Assembly (NCBI RefSeq): GCF_036321535.1
Contig: NC_087437.1
Coordinates: 7,254,001-7,318,000 of the forward strand
DNA: 64,000 nt
DNA from: Camelus dromedarius
Taxonomy: Eukaryota
Direction: 5' to 3'
The notes beneath the pieces were generated by a model. It worked only from the letters and a program-made list of their open reading frames with translations. It was not told the origin of the DNA and ran no database searches. The position numbers were made by a program, and so were the translations under genes. Below are positions 24,801 through 38,490 of the stretch, piece after piece (position 1 is the stretch's first letter; each line of letters starts with the position of its first letter).

Positions 24801-24989
24801 GAGCTATATTCAGAAAATCTATTACACAGATTACACAGATGAGGATTAGAATATGGGGATAAGTTTTCCCACTGAAATGCAGGGCACTTAATTAAATTTG
24901 AACTTTAGATAAGCAGTGGTTACTTCTTTGTAGTTGTAATCACCTCCATCTTACCACTGCCTTTTCTTTCACCTTTGTCCCTTCACAAC

Positions 24990-25400
24990 CATTATCTCTT
25001 CATCTACATGATTTTGAGAATGTTACATGAATGGTGTCATACAATATGTAATCTCTTATGATTAACACTTTTTTACTAAGCATAATGCCCTTTAAGTTCA
25101 TCCATTCAATCCTTTTTGTTACTGAATAGTATTCCATTGTAAAGATATGCCAGAGTTTATCCAACAAATTGCTCATCAAAGGATATTTAAGTTGTGTTAT
25201 GGACTGAATGGTTATGCCCTCCAAAAATTCCTAAGTTGAAGCCTTAACCTCCAATGTGATGGAATTTGGAGGTACCATCGTTGCTTTAGATGAGGTCATG
25301 TGGGTGATCAACCCCTGTTGACTAAGATAAGTTGTTCTCAGTATTTTGCTATGACCAGTAAAGTTGTGATGAACATTTCACAAACAGGACTGCAACTATC
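24990..25400 (-). mobile_element. Old L1M fragment interrupted by an MLT1/MST LTR piece at about 25195-25325
   Basis: Minus-strand peptide DKLWHIFTMEYYSVTKR (L1 ORF2 C-terminus); insert begins tgttatggactgaatg; taagttg is repeated on both sides of the insert. Confidence 0.75.
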
Positions 25401-25574
25401 TTCTTTAAGTTAGTTTCATTCGAAGTTTCCTTGAAATCATAGGCTTGGTGGTGGTGTGTTCGTTTGCCCAACTCAAAGGAAAGAAATCCATAATTACTAA
25501 AATTGTGTTTGAAAAAGTTTAATCCATGGAAACCATACTGAGACATGCCCTATAGGATGAAACACACACACACA

Positions 25575-25860
25575 ATAGTATGGATGGCTCTTACACACAT
25601 AATGGGGGGTAAATGAAGCCAGTCATGAAAGTTTGATTTCGTTTATACAAAGTACAAACACACAAGGTTCATTGAAACTGTCAGAAGTCTAGATGTTGGT
25701 TACCCTTCAGAAGAGGTCATCACTGGCTTTTGGGTGCCACTCATGTTCTGTTACTTGATCTGGCTGATGGTTTCATTAGTCTGCTGGTGAAAATTCATAG
25801 AGCTGTACATTTGTGAGACACACTCTTCTGAATGTATATATATCTCCATCTCAATAAAGT
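25575..25860 (+). mobile_element. Old L1M (L1ME/MD-like) 3' end
   Basis: atgttctgttacttgatctgg...gtgaaaattcatagagctgtacattt...tcaataaag. Confidence 0.7.
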
Positions 25861-27004
25861 CCAAAGAACGAACATTAGTATGTGATTCAAGAGCTTCCCT
25901 TACATGTTCCTTTGTTTCATTGCACATAGTAGGCTGGAATTCACGATTCCCCTTAAAGTTGCAGTCATCAATAACATTCTATTTTCTAATGCCCTTTGAG
26001 AGAAAAGGAGAGAGATGTGTTTCATCCATGGTGGCCTGAACAAACTCCCACTAATTTACTTATAGTGCTATCATTGATTTCATCTGTAATTCTTTTTTTC
26101 CTATAATCGATCTCTCTGTCAAAGCCCATCTGGAGAGCAATGGAATGGGTAAGTGAATTTTTTATTTATTAAAAGGGCAAAGCCACAGAAATGAAATGAC
26201 AATTTACTTGGGGATAAATTGTCTTAAAACTTCCATTTTTTTACATTAAAACTATAATTGAGGGGCATTATATGCTGTTTATCACCGCACTGAAAATGTC
26301 ATCAGAATGAACTTCTCTAGGCTGTTAAACTGCCTCCTATTAGCATTGAAACTATGCTCACAGCCCATTATCTTGGGCTATATTTTTTTGGTATAAGGGA
26401 ATTGCTATCAGAGTGTACATAATCTGAAAGGAATTGGATTATAATTGGAGTCTTTGTAAAAGAGGAGGTAAAATTATTTGGTCTTGCCATAAGGTAACAG
26501 CGTACTGTTGGACTATCAAAAGAATGGAGCAGTGGCGTTGGAAGAGCACACTGATTATCAGCATTTGATGTCATTTGATGTCATCTGCATTTTTGCTCCT
26601 AATGAATCTCAGAAGCAAAATATAGAAAATATTTATGTATCAATTCATCTAATAGGTCTGTTTTTTCAAAGAGCATTGAAGTGTTTTCATAACGTGCTGT
26701 TACCCAATCATAGATACCACTTGTTTCCTCTTCACGGGGGGTGTTAGAATCGGAGGGGGAGGATTTCTGTGCTGGGAACATAGTAGGTGTTTCATAAATG
26801 TCAGTTAAGCTAAATCAAGTCCTCAAGAGGTCTGAGTGAAGGGAAACAGAATATTTCTTCTAATTAGGTATAGTTATGCCTTATTATAGATATAATAATG
26901 GATGGAAAGTTAGCAAAATACTAGATAATTTGATCCTTTTTATATTATGATATAGTGGCCCAATTATTGTTGGACATGCCTTTCAAGATGAAAGATAAAT
27001 AAGC

Positions 27005-27170
27005 GGGGGAGGGTGGAGCTCAGTGGTAGAGTGTGTGCTTAGCTTGTACGGGGTCCGGGTTCAAACCCCAGCACCTCCATTAAATAAATGAATAAACAGC
27101 CTAATTATGGCCCACCCCCAAAAGACGACTCTAACAAGACAAAACATAAAAATAAAACAGTAAATAAATA
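27005..27170 (+). mobile_element. Vic-1-like SINE, long form
   Basis: ggggga gggtggagctcagtggtagagtgtgtgcttagc...gggttcaaaccccagcacctcca, then cctaatta segment and A-rich tail. Confidence 0.9.
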
Positions 27171-27188
27171 GTGTCACATGATCTAGGT

Positions 27189-27412
27189 CAGAAGCTGGTA
27201 ACTTTTTTTTTTTTTTGCAAAGGGCCAGATAATAAATATTTTTAGCTCTGTAGACCATACTGACATGGTCACAGCCATGTATCTCTGCCACTGCAGCGCC
27301 AAAGTATCCATGAACAGTCCAGCAACGAATGAAGGTAGCTGTGTTCTAATAAAACTCTGAAAACAGACAGCTGGCTGGTTTTGGCCTGTGGGGCATAGTC
27401 TGCAGACCGCAA
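27189..27412. mobile_element. MER58A-like MITE, opposite orientation to 16810-17035
   Basis: aaagggccagataataaatatttttagctctgtag...gctgtgttctaataaaact...ttggcctgtggggcatagt. Confidence 0.8.
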
Positions 27413-29379
27413 ACTAAATGATTACCTAGTGACTTTGCAACTGTAAACAGGAAAACAAACCCAGGCGCTGAAGTCTCATGTCTGTATATGGTCATAAGTT
27501 GGCCATCCAGATGCCAAATATGGCTTTTTTTGTTATAATGATACTTATCACATTGCATTATTATTAAATGATATTTATTGTATAAATATAAATATATATA
27601 TAAAATAAATAATAAATAAATAAATAAAATATATAAATAAATAAATGGTTATTGTAATGTAACCATTTAATTATCATATACTAATAACACTTACTGATAT
27701 CATCAGGAATAAATAGCTCTTCATTTTTTTCTCTTTGGAGACATCGAAATACAAGCATCTCTTACTCCTAAGTAGATACATAGAAAACAACTCAGTCTGA
27801 TTTCTAAACAAAGAGGGAATTTAAAAGTGTGTTTTCAAATTTTCTCCCTCTCCCTCCTTGATGTAACACGCAGTCCTCCTCTGTGTGTGTGTCCGTGTGT
27901 AGCACTGATTGAAATGCATAGCTCTAGCTTGGAGAGTTCTCCAACTCACATTGCCTTCCCAAAGTCTTTAAATAAGGCAGATTGAAAGTGGCTTTGCTTC
28001 TCTCCTGACTTATGAGCAATTTGTTGCATTACTGAGACACCTGTTACGACAGCATCTTGCCTAAGCGTCAAAGCACTGGGGAATCCCAGAGACAACCAGA
28101 GGAACTTCCCACCAGGGAGAGAGGCTGGAGGTCTCACTGCTGACCCATTGGCGCAATTAACAGTTCACTCAGAAATAAGGCATTAAGAGCTTACTTGTGC
28201 CACCAGTTTGAGAATGGCACAGGTCACCTCGTCGCCAAGAACTCCACCTGCCCAACTGCCAGATCACTCACTTGTGGAAGTGAGAGAACACCCCCAGCTT
28301 TCCAGGGTTGACATGCACGTTACAGGAGATGCAAGGCATCCAGGGAGGTTGGGCACCCTCAGTCAGGAGGGGTTCTGTTACTCGTGTGTTTGTTTGGTTC
28401 ATTGTTCAGTCGCTGCTGAGGACTAGTACTGGGTGAACCGCAGGCCCTGATAAACAATCACTGGCTTATTTTCCCAACTTCCAGCTTGCCTTTCTCTTCA
28501 CGATCTCACAGGCTGACACCAGGACACCAGGCACGAACTGAAGTGCTGTGACATCCTCGCATCCTTTAGCTGCGCACGCTCCTAGGGCAGGAGCTGAAGC
28601 CCAGTTGCCAATACTTCTATTTCTAGTATTTTTTTTTTTTTGACATTTAACACCATTAGAACATATAGCGGAATCCAAGTACCATTTCTTCGAGGTAAAA
28701 ATGTAAGTGTTTTTTTCATATCTCAGTGTGTTGAATAACCTTTAGATGCAAAGTTAGCACAGCAAACATTGGTGTGATGCAAGCAGCTCGGTGCAGAGTG
28801 CCTAAAAATAAAGATGAGAAGTTCATATGCTACCAAAAGGAAGAGTTACACGTTTAATGGGAAGACGGCTTTGAGGCTTGGGTTCACGAGACCCCACTGC
28901 TGTCTTTCACCCCATGCATGCAGTGCATTGCAAGGCACTAAGTATCATTGGACCTACTCTGTATACATTGTTCAGATAAACCTATCAATTTACTTTTGAG
29001 TCTATTGTTTTAAATGTTTTCTGGAGGCTGGGATGTTTGGTTATTTCAACTGGGACCTCTGTTTATGGGATGCTGAAAGGAGATGACCTTGGAGTCAGAA
29101 TTTTTGGACTTGAGTTCTTAGCTGGTCTTTTGAGGGCAACATGGGTGATGTTTAGGTCCTTGGTTTTCTTCTTGGTACGATTATTGTGACACCCTTTAAG
29201 GGAGAGCCTCTAACATTCCTGCAAGAAGACGTCATCCTTATCCTCCGCCCTTGTCTTCTACTGGATATGATCCTTGGAAGAAGTTCTAAAGCTAGTTTCT
29301 CCCTCCTTGAAGATGAGGTCTTTTCCAGGGGTGCTTCCTGACTTCAAGCACTGTTGTTTGCTGACAGGCATTCGTTCCC

Positions 29380-29890
29380 TCTCTTTAAGACTAATACTAT
29401 TTCTAAGGTCTTTGGAAACCTCCCCTCACTTATTCTCAACCTTGTAGTTCAATGAGATTGACCCTAATTCCATTTTCGTTGGTGGATCTAGATTACTTTA
29501 GCAAATCAGTCTATCCCTGATCACGGGTGAATTGATTAAAGGACACTTAAGTGTCCCAATACCAACTCTCACTGGGACAGTTTGAGTCATGTGCCCTTTC
29601 CTGGAACCATCAGAGTGTATGTGAAGACTTTAGCTTGAAGCTCAGATAAAGACTTGATCTTTCCTGCTGGATATGAAGGCAGATACAAGTATCCTGGAGA
29701 GACTCCGACAGTCATTTTTGGAGTTGCATATAAAAGTAACTGGGCTCTTGGTGGCATTTTCAAGCCACAGGTTCAACTCAACTTGAAGCCAGTGTTATCT
29801 TTATAATTGTAGTTACATGAACCCATAAATTCATTTTAGTGCTTAAGCCGTGCGAGCTGCACTTCTGTCACCAGCCAGAAAGAGCACAAA
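29380..29890. mobile_element. Old ERVL-type LTR fossil (LTR16/LTR33-like)
   Basis: cttgaagccagtg...agttacatgaacccataaattcattttagtgcttaagcc...ttctgtcac resembles the 3' end of these LTRs. Confidence 0.5.
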
Positions 29891-30139
29891 CTGAAGTGCA
29901 CAGACCCTCCAGATATGCACCTACGTGTCCGAATCTGAGGGTGCACATGGAATAAACCCAGAGGGAACTTGAGGTGCACGTCAAAGCTTCATACAAGATT
30001 AAGAGCTATATTGAGCTGATACTCCTGTATCCTCCCATTCCACCCAGCTTCCTAAGTTTCTTTCCTTTTGTCTCTTAAATTCTACTTTTTCATATTCAAT
30101 ATGCATAATCAGTCCTATTCGCTTTCCTATTTCTGGTAA

Positions 30140-30345
30140 TAATAAGACTATTGTTTATCTAACACCTGTTAGGCCAGACACTGCGCTGGGTGCTTTACAA
30201 GGATGCTTCATTTATAGCAGCCCTTTTAAGTAAGCATTCTTATCCCCATTTTAAGTTGAGGAACCTGAGGTTTAGAATGACTAAGTCACACACTAGTAAG
30301 TGGTGCACATGGGATTCAAGTCCAGGCACTTTGGTACCAGACTTT
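30140..30345 (-). mobile_element. MIR SINE
   Basis: ttatccccattttaagttgaggaacctgagg...gtcacacactagtaagtgg...ggattcaagtccagg. Confidence 0.8.
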
Positions 30346-30439
30346 GGGTTCTACCTTTCTGTTGAATTGAATCAGCTTATAGGCATGTTCTCACATCATG
30401 AGGTAACTGGGTATGAGCCTCCAGTCTTCCATGTGTGTC

Positions 30440-31320
30440 CAATTCAACAAATATTTATAGAATGTCTAACACACACCAAACACTTCACTGGCTTGTATCT
30501 ACTACACACACAGTAGATACAACTGTGAACGAACCAGGCCCAGACGCTGCTCTCCTGGAGCTTACAGTCCAGCGGGGGACATACCCCTGGGGTGCCCACA
30601 ATGATAGACTGTCATCATCAATCCAGTGTGGTCAGAGCCCAGCCCCAGAGGGGAAGCTGTCCGAAGGTGTGTGGCAGAGTCACCTAACCCTTCTTAGAGC
30701 AGCAGAGGAAACTTCCAGGATAATGTGAAGCCTGCGCCGTGATTTGGTGGGAATGAGCCAGGTGCTGGGTGAGTGAGAAGTACTTCAGGGAAAGGAAATA
30801 ATGTGAACAAACTCCTGGAAAGAGCACGGTGGGTTCAGAGAACCAAAAGACTTCAGAATTATGTAGAGGACATGGCCAGCGAAGGGGCAGGGTAGGTAAT
30901 CTTGGGAGCCAAATCCTAGAATTCAAATTTCATCTTAAGACTGGCAGCAGTCTTGATCAGAACTGCTCTATAGAAAATCACTTTGGCTGTTTGGAAAACA
31001 GATTTGAGTTGGGCATGACTGGGGGCCAGGAGACTACACAGAAGTCTAGGCAATAACGTGGGTGGAAGGTGGGGGGGTCCTAACTCGGAGGCGGGAATGG
31101 AGAAAATGAGAGACATGACAAATACAAGATCTCTCTAGAAAATGGGATTGGCTTGATGACTGGGTGACGACTGAGAGGACCTGAGGTTTGAGGAAGAAGC
31201 GATATTAAGTGATATTCTTGGGTGGTGTCTAGGGTACCTGGGCAGAGAGTGGCCACGTGTGCTGACACGAGGACCCCAAGAGGAGAAGCAGGTGGGGAGG
31301 GAAAGGCGATGAGGTCATCC
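30440..31320 (-). mobile_element. LINE-2 fragment
   Basis: attcaacaaatatttatagaatgtc...gctctcctggagcttacagtccag; L2 3' end reversed. Confidence 0.75.
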
Positions 31321-33534
31321 TTTACCATGCCAGTGGTTTCTGAACTCTGTGTTATGGGGCCTTTCTTGATTTAATTTCCCCCTGCTCTTCTCCTCTGTAA
31401 ATGGCGACTGTGTCGCTGTACGGGGCCAAATACACTGTCTAACTTTCTCAGAAAACAAAAGTGTGCAAGAGCTGCTGCGATCAGCAGATACAAAAGTCAC
31501 TACAGGGGGTAGGAAGGCTGTAACTTCTCGAGACCAGAAGCTCAGGCTTCCCAAATTAATCAGGTTTTCTATTAGAGACAGACATTAAATGAAAACAAAG
31601 AAGTTGATGGTGTTTGAAGGTTTAAGTGATTTGAGGGGTGGGGATCAACAATAGATTCCACGTGGGTGTTCACAGTGGTGCAATAGAAAAAGAAGATATA
31701 AGCCAACACTTCTATGCCAGTCATTTTCTTAGGGTTTTTAGCAAATTATCAACAAACCTTAATGAAGAGCCCACAGAGGAGAAATCCTTTGATGAACCTA
31801 AATTATATGAGAAAGACAGCGGACTTTTTGAAACCAATGCCAGAGTGAGCCTTGCAAAAAAAATGAAGCTCCTTTCAGCCTCACATCTGCATTAACACCC
31901 TCCGCCTGTCACTGACCCACCCTCCTCTGTCCTCCCTAATGGTCTCAGTTCTAAAATGAGGGAAACATAGACATCTGTCTGCATCCAGTATAGCCAGTGG
32001 TCTCCAAGGTACAGGCTTTGGAAAAGCGAAAAGGATAACAAATAAGAAGCATAGGACACGAAATCTGTGACAAAGCTACTGACCAGTGATGTTTGCTAAG
32101 CTCCGGGATGATGGAGAAATATTTACTTTCTTGATTCCTCTGATCTGATCCTAACTCTTCCCCTCAAGCATTGTGTTGTGTCATCAGCTATACCGTAGAT
32201 GGTGACAGGCATAGCCAGTTCATGAATCCTTTCAATGAGCCCAGGGGAGACTTTGGAATCCTTCTCAACACAGGGTTCCAGGAGGGGGCTGGCAACTGGT
32301 AGAAGTGGCCAATGCAGTGTATTGAGTTATTGACACCAATTGTCTACCCTTCCCTGTTTCTCTGCCCTCTGCCAAGTGATTTTGCATTTCTTCCCACCTT
32401 CCCTTCTGAATGTCGGATTGGACGTGGAACTTGTTTTGGCCAATGGGATGTTATTAAACTGATGCAAACAGAGGCTTGACATGTTCATTTGTGATTAGAC
32501 TTCCGCCTCATTCTGTTGGCCAAAGGCAATAACAAAGTGGGAAGGGACTGGAAGGTTACAGAAAAGCATGGATAAAGGGAAGGGTCAAAAAATTGGGGTC
32601 AGTAAAAAAATCTGCTACTAGCTTAATCACTACTTTGATTTGCTGCTAAGAAATAAATTGTGGACTGAGAGAGAATATGTTTGGAGTGAGAAGAGGTTGA
32701 TTTAAATAAGATGGTCCTCGAGGGCTTCTCTGAGGGGTGAGAGATTAAAGTGGGAGGGACCACATTTGCTTAGGGCTCTAGTAGGGATGTTCCAGACCTG
32801 CACAGAATGTGTGTGGACTGAAAAAGGATCCCCCCACTGAGGAGTTGTGTTGCAAGGGATGCCCATCCACTGGACTACCCGGCTTGGCCAGCAAAGCTGG
32901 GGCTGGATTTCAGCTCCCTTTGGTTGAGCTGCCCCAGATGGGGGCACAGATAGGGAACTGCGACAGCTTGTTGCAAGAACCACCAAGAGGCCACCATGTC
33001 TTGCAAACACGATCAGGTAGGGGTAGTTATTTATATCACAGAATCATCCATTATATTGTAAAGTTGAATCCCGAGGGCACTAGAAACATCTGGGTTTGCT
33101 AGACAAGTACGTGTCACCGCTTGAGCGGGATGTCTTTAAAGTTAAAATGTTAAGAATCACTGACCAATATCAATCACTGGTAAAATCAAAGAGCCTTTGA
33201 GATAAAAAGGCACATTCCTGAGAAAATGCAATTCGTGGTTGGAAGGTTTGCATCAGTTGCTTTTAAAGTGCATCTACAAGGTAAGGCAAGTCATAACTCA
33301 GGCCAAGGCAAAGACAGAATACCCCTGCTGGGAGCCAAGCACTGAGGATGCAGAATGGCCCAACGAAGAAGATGGAATGTCCTAACAGGGTTTTTGAGAT
33401 CATGAAAGCCATCCCTTCATCTTGTAATTGGAAACTGGGGTGAACGTAGATTAGTGAGGTTGGGTCCCAGCTCATCCCATTCCATGAACTGTCCAGTTAG
33501 AGCATCATGGCCTGTCCTAACCACTGAGTGGAAC

Positions 33535-33999
33535 TGGTACCAAGTCTAAGCTCATGCTGCTCCCCACGCGACAGACCAACAAATCGAGACAAGCTATTGG
33601 GGCAAGGAATAGTAACTGAATTCAAAAAGCCAGCAGACTGGAAGATGGTGGAGTAGTGTCCCAAAGAGTCATCTTGCCAGAGTTAGAATTCGGGCTTCTC
33701 TTATACGAAAAGGGGAGGGACTAAAGTCAAACACTTCCCGGTTCTGGTCAGCGTCCCCTCGGTCATTCACAGGTGGGCCTGGTCAGGACGTTTCCTGTGA
33801 GCTAAATAAACAGTGGTGTTTTGGCTTAATGCTCAGTACCTGGGACTCAGGATTCCCAGAGATGGGCCATGATGTGTAATTTAAGCTTCTCAGTAACATC
33901 CTTTTAAGTCATTAACTTGTAGCAACAGCAATAGAAGACAGAGGTTAAAGTAAAAGAAACAGAGCCCACATGGAGTCAGATTTGTTCTTCCCTGTTGCA
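33535..33999 (-). mobile_element. ERV1-class solo LTR (MER41-like family, tentative), copy A
   Basis: Minus strand starts tgcaacagggaagaacaaatctgactccat; TG...CA termini; 4-bp flanks gaac/gacc; homologous to copies B and C. Confidence 0.85.
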
Positions 34000-35631
34000 G
34001 ACCCTGCTGGTTCTCCCTTGTAGTTTAGAAAGGTTTGGTTTGTGTCATACTAGGAGTAGACGAGGAAGGAAGGCTAAAATTCTACGATCCTTGTTGGAAG
34101 CACCCCGAATCTTGGTTCAGCAGTTCATGGGGAATTCTGAGACTGTGTTAATGACTCTTGTTTCAGGGAAGAGACAGAGGAGAGGGGAAATAAGAGAAAA
34201 AAAATTTAGGGGAGATGAGGGGGATGAATCTGAGGCTTCTGCAGTGACTAAGCAAGCAGCTGGTGTGTGGCTGGACAGCTTGAATTCTCTGCGGGTAGAT
34301 TGGATATTTGGAGGGAAGGGCATGAGTCCCTTGGCTTGGACTCCGTTGTGAGCAGCAGGTGTTATAATGGGCAGCCGGGATCACTTGTTTGGAGAGGCTG
34401 CAGAGGAAACCAGGCTTCTGTCACTGCTACTTCTGTAGCAAAACATTTTTGCTATTGTTTCTAGTACAGCCATTCACCATCTCATCTGATGGGGTTGGAC
34501 AGAATGAAGCCATTTTCATAAAACTGGGCAGAACTGGGCATTTTAGGAGGGTCACATTGGCATAGTTGAACACTTGGATTTTATTTTATCTTATGGCTGG
34601 AGGCTTTAAAGTGAGCAGCCTTCTCTTCGAAGAATGATCACGTAAAAATGTCTTGATGTTCTTTCCTTTATGAGAGGGTGATCCTGTGTTCGCCTGTGTT
34701 ATCCCTGCCTCGGGCAGAGTTTGAAGTAGAACCCATTGCCGCCATGGAAGGCATTTTTGCTACTGAAGGCGGCTTTTCATTATACTCACCTGTTTCCTTT
34801 TGAAGACTTCCCGCAACTTATACTCACTGACACTAGCTTCAAAGAGTACAGAACAAAAATTCTGACAGTTTAAAAGCGAAATGCAGAAAAGGAATGATGG
34901 AAACCTCGGCCCACACCATCCCCTCTCCCCAGCAGGTCATGTTGTCCACGTTGTGAACTTCATGGGAAACACAGTGAGTACTTCAAGGTCCAGGGGGCTT
35001 TCCAGGGGATGCGTGAGAAAGTTCTTACACTTCTCACCTTTGCTTTCTGTCAACAACCGTTTTACTGCACTGACATCCCTCCTGGAGTCAGGGAGGAAGG
35101 ACTTTCCCTGTCCGCCTGCTACCTTTTGAACAGAATGCCCTCTACAATGGGTGATACAATTGCCCAACCACAGCCAGAGCCAGGCGAACCAGCAGAGCAT
35201 TGCCTGAGCACCGGGACGGAATGTCTCACTGGTTGGGTAATGGTGACAATCTGGGAACAGGCAGTGACTTATGTTGATCAGCATCTCTCCTGCCCAAACT
35301 GATGGCTGGGAAGCCAGCCCCTTGGCCCGCAGAGAGGACAGCATGTTCCCTTTCTCGCTGGCTGCAGGGTGGGAATCACTGCTAATCTGAGCAACGCGAG
35401 CCCGTTAATCTTGGAATTATCTAAGAAAAGGCAATTGCCTGGCACTTCCTCAGCACACTAAGCAGAAGCTGCTATCAGTACTGCCATCAACAGGGTCTAA
35501 TCGGACAGAGGCATCAGAACAGCTGAATAATGTACCCTCATATCTCCTGGGCCCAGAGATGCCACTATCTGAGTTCCAGATGAAAGCAGAAATGCACAGA
35601 AAGGCATGGAGGCTGATTACAAACTCTACCC

Positions 35632-35803
35632 AAGTTATTTTCAAACTTTGGTGGGAGGGATTGTTAAAACATACATCCATGGGCCCTTCTCTAAGAATTC
35701 TGAATTAGGAATTCTCCAGGTCTGGAGCCAGGCCTGAGCCTCTGAATGGCTAGCAGACTCCCAGGAGATGCTAATACGGTGGGCCCGGGGACCACACATT
35801 GAG
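35632..35803. mobile_element. MER5A-like DNA transposon fossil
   Basis: ttttcaaactt...ttgttaaaaca...ctcccaggagatgctaat...ggaccacacattgag. Confidence 0.75.
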
Positions 35804-36754
35804 GTGCACGCTCTCCCTTCTGGGGGATTCACCATTTCTGGGAAGTTCGTCCTCTGCAGGAAAATGTCCTGGAACTCTGAAATTTCTGTTCACTGGTCTC
35901 AGAGCTCTGGTTGGCCCACTCCTTCATAGATGGCTCAATGATTATTGGGTTCAAAGCCAAAGAAATCTGATAAAAATGTATCCATTAGACACCTGCTATT
36001 GTTCCCCAGTGACCGGATTTGTCCAGTGTAGCAAGGAGTACCATTGTTAGGGATGGAAAACAGGAGAGAGAGAAAGAGACAAAAGTGTTTAGTTTTATTT
36101 CTATTTCTGTTTTCTACTAATGAAACGGAGTTTTAAAATGTTCTCCCTCCCTCTGCTTCTCACAGAAAGATGTTGGTTTAAGCACAAGTGATGGGGGAAC
36201 CCAACCCAGGCCCCAGGCGGCATTAGCTCAGGCCACTTTGCATTTACACCCTTCACAAATGTTGATGATTTTGAGATGATCCCTTGATATCGAAAACAGA
36301 GGAGTGCATTGATTCCTGCTGTGACCAGGTTGCTGGAACATTTGACTGACTCAATAATAATTATCCCTGTAGTGTTCTCAGGTAACTACCGTGGAATTGC
36401 TGGCTCCACACTCAGATCGTCCCTCCCCCAATTACTACTTCAACTGATTTTTAAAGAAGTATCACACTTAGAAGCAAAAATCAAACGCCAATGACCCTTG
36501 TTTTACAGGTAACTACAATCCAGATAACTAGTTGTCTGTAGTCAAGGTGGCATTCGCAAAAGTGCACAATAAAATTGTTAGATGAATAAATAAGTTTGAT
36601 TGCACTTTCAAGCTAGGCCCACAGAGCAAAAAAAGCAACAAACGCTTATCTTGCTTGAGCATACATTGTTCACCACATTTCCCTGTCTAGCGCAACTGTG
36701 AATGTGGGTGTGTGTTCTCAAATCCCACAAGCCAAGAGAAGCTTGATTCAATCA

Positions 36755-37100
36755 AAGATTAGTGTGTTAAGATGGGCTTGGTTATCTTGCAGGAACAAAT
36801 GCATCCCCTCCCCAAACCTCCGTGGCTCACACAACTCCCCCAGTAGTGGTCAGCTCTGCTCATTATAGTCACTGATGGAGAATCTACTCTGATGTGTGTG
36901 GTCCGGATTAGAAAGACAGGCGAAGGGCAAGGTGCAGGGTCTCACACCAGCAATTGAATGATTTGGCCCAAATGTGACACATGTCATTTCTGTCCACACT
37001 CAACCAGGCCCCTGACAGACCAGGAAGTAATCATGACCTTGTCTATCTTCAAACAGATAACGATGCACAACCTCCCATGGGGGAAATGGGACGCTGGTGA
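36755..37100. mobile_element. MLT1-type MaLR LTR fossil
   Basis: ctctgctcattatagtcact...ggcccaaatgtgacacatgtcatttctgtccacac. Confidence 0.65.
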
Positions 37101-38490
37101 ACAGTAGAAGGGTCAGCCTTGGGTGGAATCTGAACAACAGTTTGAATATGGAAGCAAAGAAGATGGGAACTCTTTATTAGTCTACAAACCACGAATGCAT
37201 GTCAGTTTCATGGCATGAATCCAGGCCTGACTAGAGCCTTCTCTCTGAAAAGGTGAGCTCTTTTTTTAGAAAATGGTGTAATTAACAGTTCGATCAATTG
37301 CTTTAAGATAAAAGACTTAGACCAGCAGGTTAAACCTCTTGTGCTATTCGTTCATGAGATGTGGCGGGAAGAGCACTGATGGGAAAGAGACCAAGACTCT
37401 AGCCTTGTATCTGCTGCCCAATGACTCTAGACAAATTGCCTGCTCACCTCTGTACATAAAGTGGCTCGACAAAATGATCTCTCAGCTTCCTTTCAGTTGC
37501 AAGATACTGTAACTCTATGAATTGTAATCTTCACTCGTATTTATATAATTTTGACCAGAATATGGTGTGGTGGAAAAAAAAAGATATGGGAGAGATTAAT
37601 GATAATAATGCTGGCCTTATAATGGAGCGTAGATGAGCTGCGTAAGGAGCACCCGTTAATACCGTGCATATTTCTCCTTGGTGCCAGTGTTGAATTGTCG
37701 CCTCCAAACCAACTGAAATGCCAAAATTACAGTCTGGGTGAAGTCTCTCGTGTGGTGCTGGGAGGGAGCAGAGCAGTAACGATTAATTATAAAGGACAGG
37801 GACTCTGGCTTTTCACCTGCCCAGTCTCTGTAGCTTTCGGGGTCCTGTCTATTCGGATCAATGGTTTGCTAATTACAAACTGTCTTTGGAAGACTCCAGC
37901 ACACTCTCTGGCGATTCATGTTTTTGCATTGATTTTCACATAAGCTAAGAGGCAGTTGCACCGTGTAAGCACTTGGAAATTGGTCATCAATGAACTATTT
38001 TGGACTTAATAGATCTGGTAACACTTGAAGACTCTTTATGTTTTGATTTTTGGATTATACTACCTAATACAGTGGGAGGTGAAACTTATATCCTACTTAC
38101 CTACATTTATAAAGAAATCCTGGAAGGACAGGCTCTGATTTATGGCTGGACCTCTACAGGCCGCCTGAGATGAAATGAAGTCTAAAAATGAAGTTGGCCC
38201 TGCCAAGGTGATCTTTGTTTTAAATGGGGAGTCCTCGGCACTGCGATTAGACCTCAACTGCCAAACTATAAACCCCATTGAGTCCTTTAGATCATAAATG
38301 CGAATTCAAGAAAAGTTGCAGTCACTCATTTATCTGACAGATATCTGGAGTGAACCATCTAAAGCAACGTTCTTTATGTATATTTCTGAGTCCTGGAAAG
38401 CAGTATGTACTTAATAAACGTGGAGCTGGGTCTAGTTGACGTGGGGTTCCAGGCTTAGTCTTCCAATTCCAAAGCTACCGGCTGCTCTTC

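Noticed and set aside
31733..31844. Possible plus-strand exon (ttttcttag...gtgagc, two open frames)
   Set aside because: Short pyrimidine tract, weak donor context, unrecognised peptides and no partner exons.
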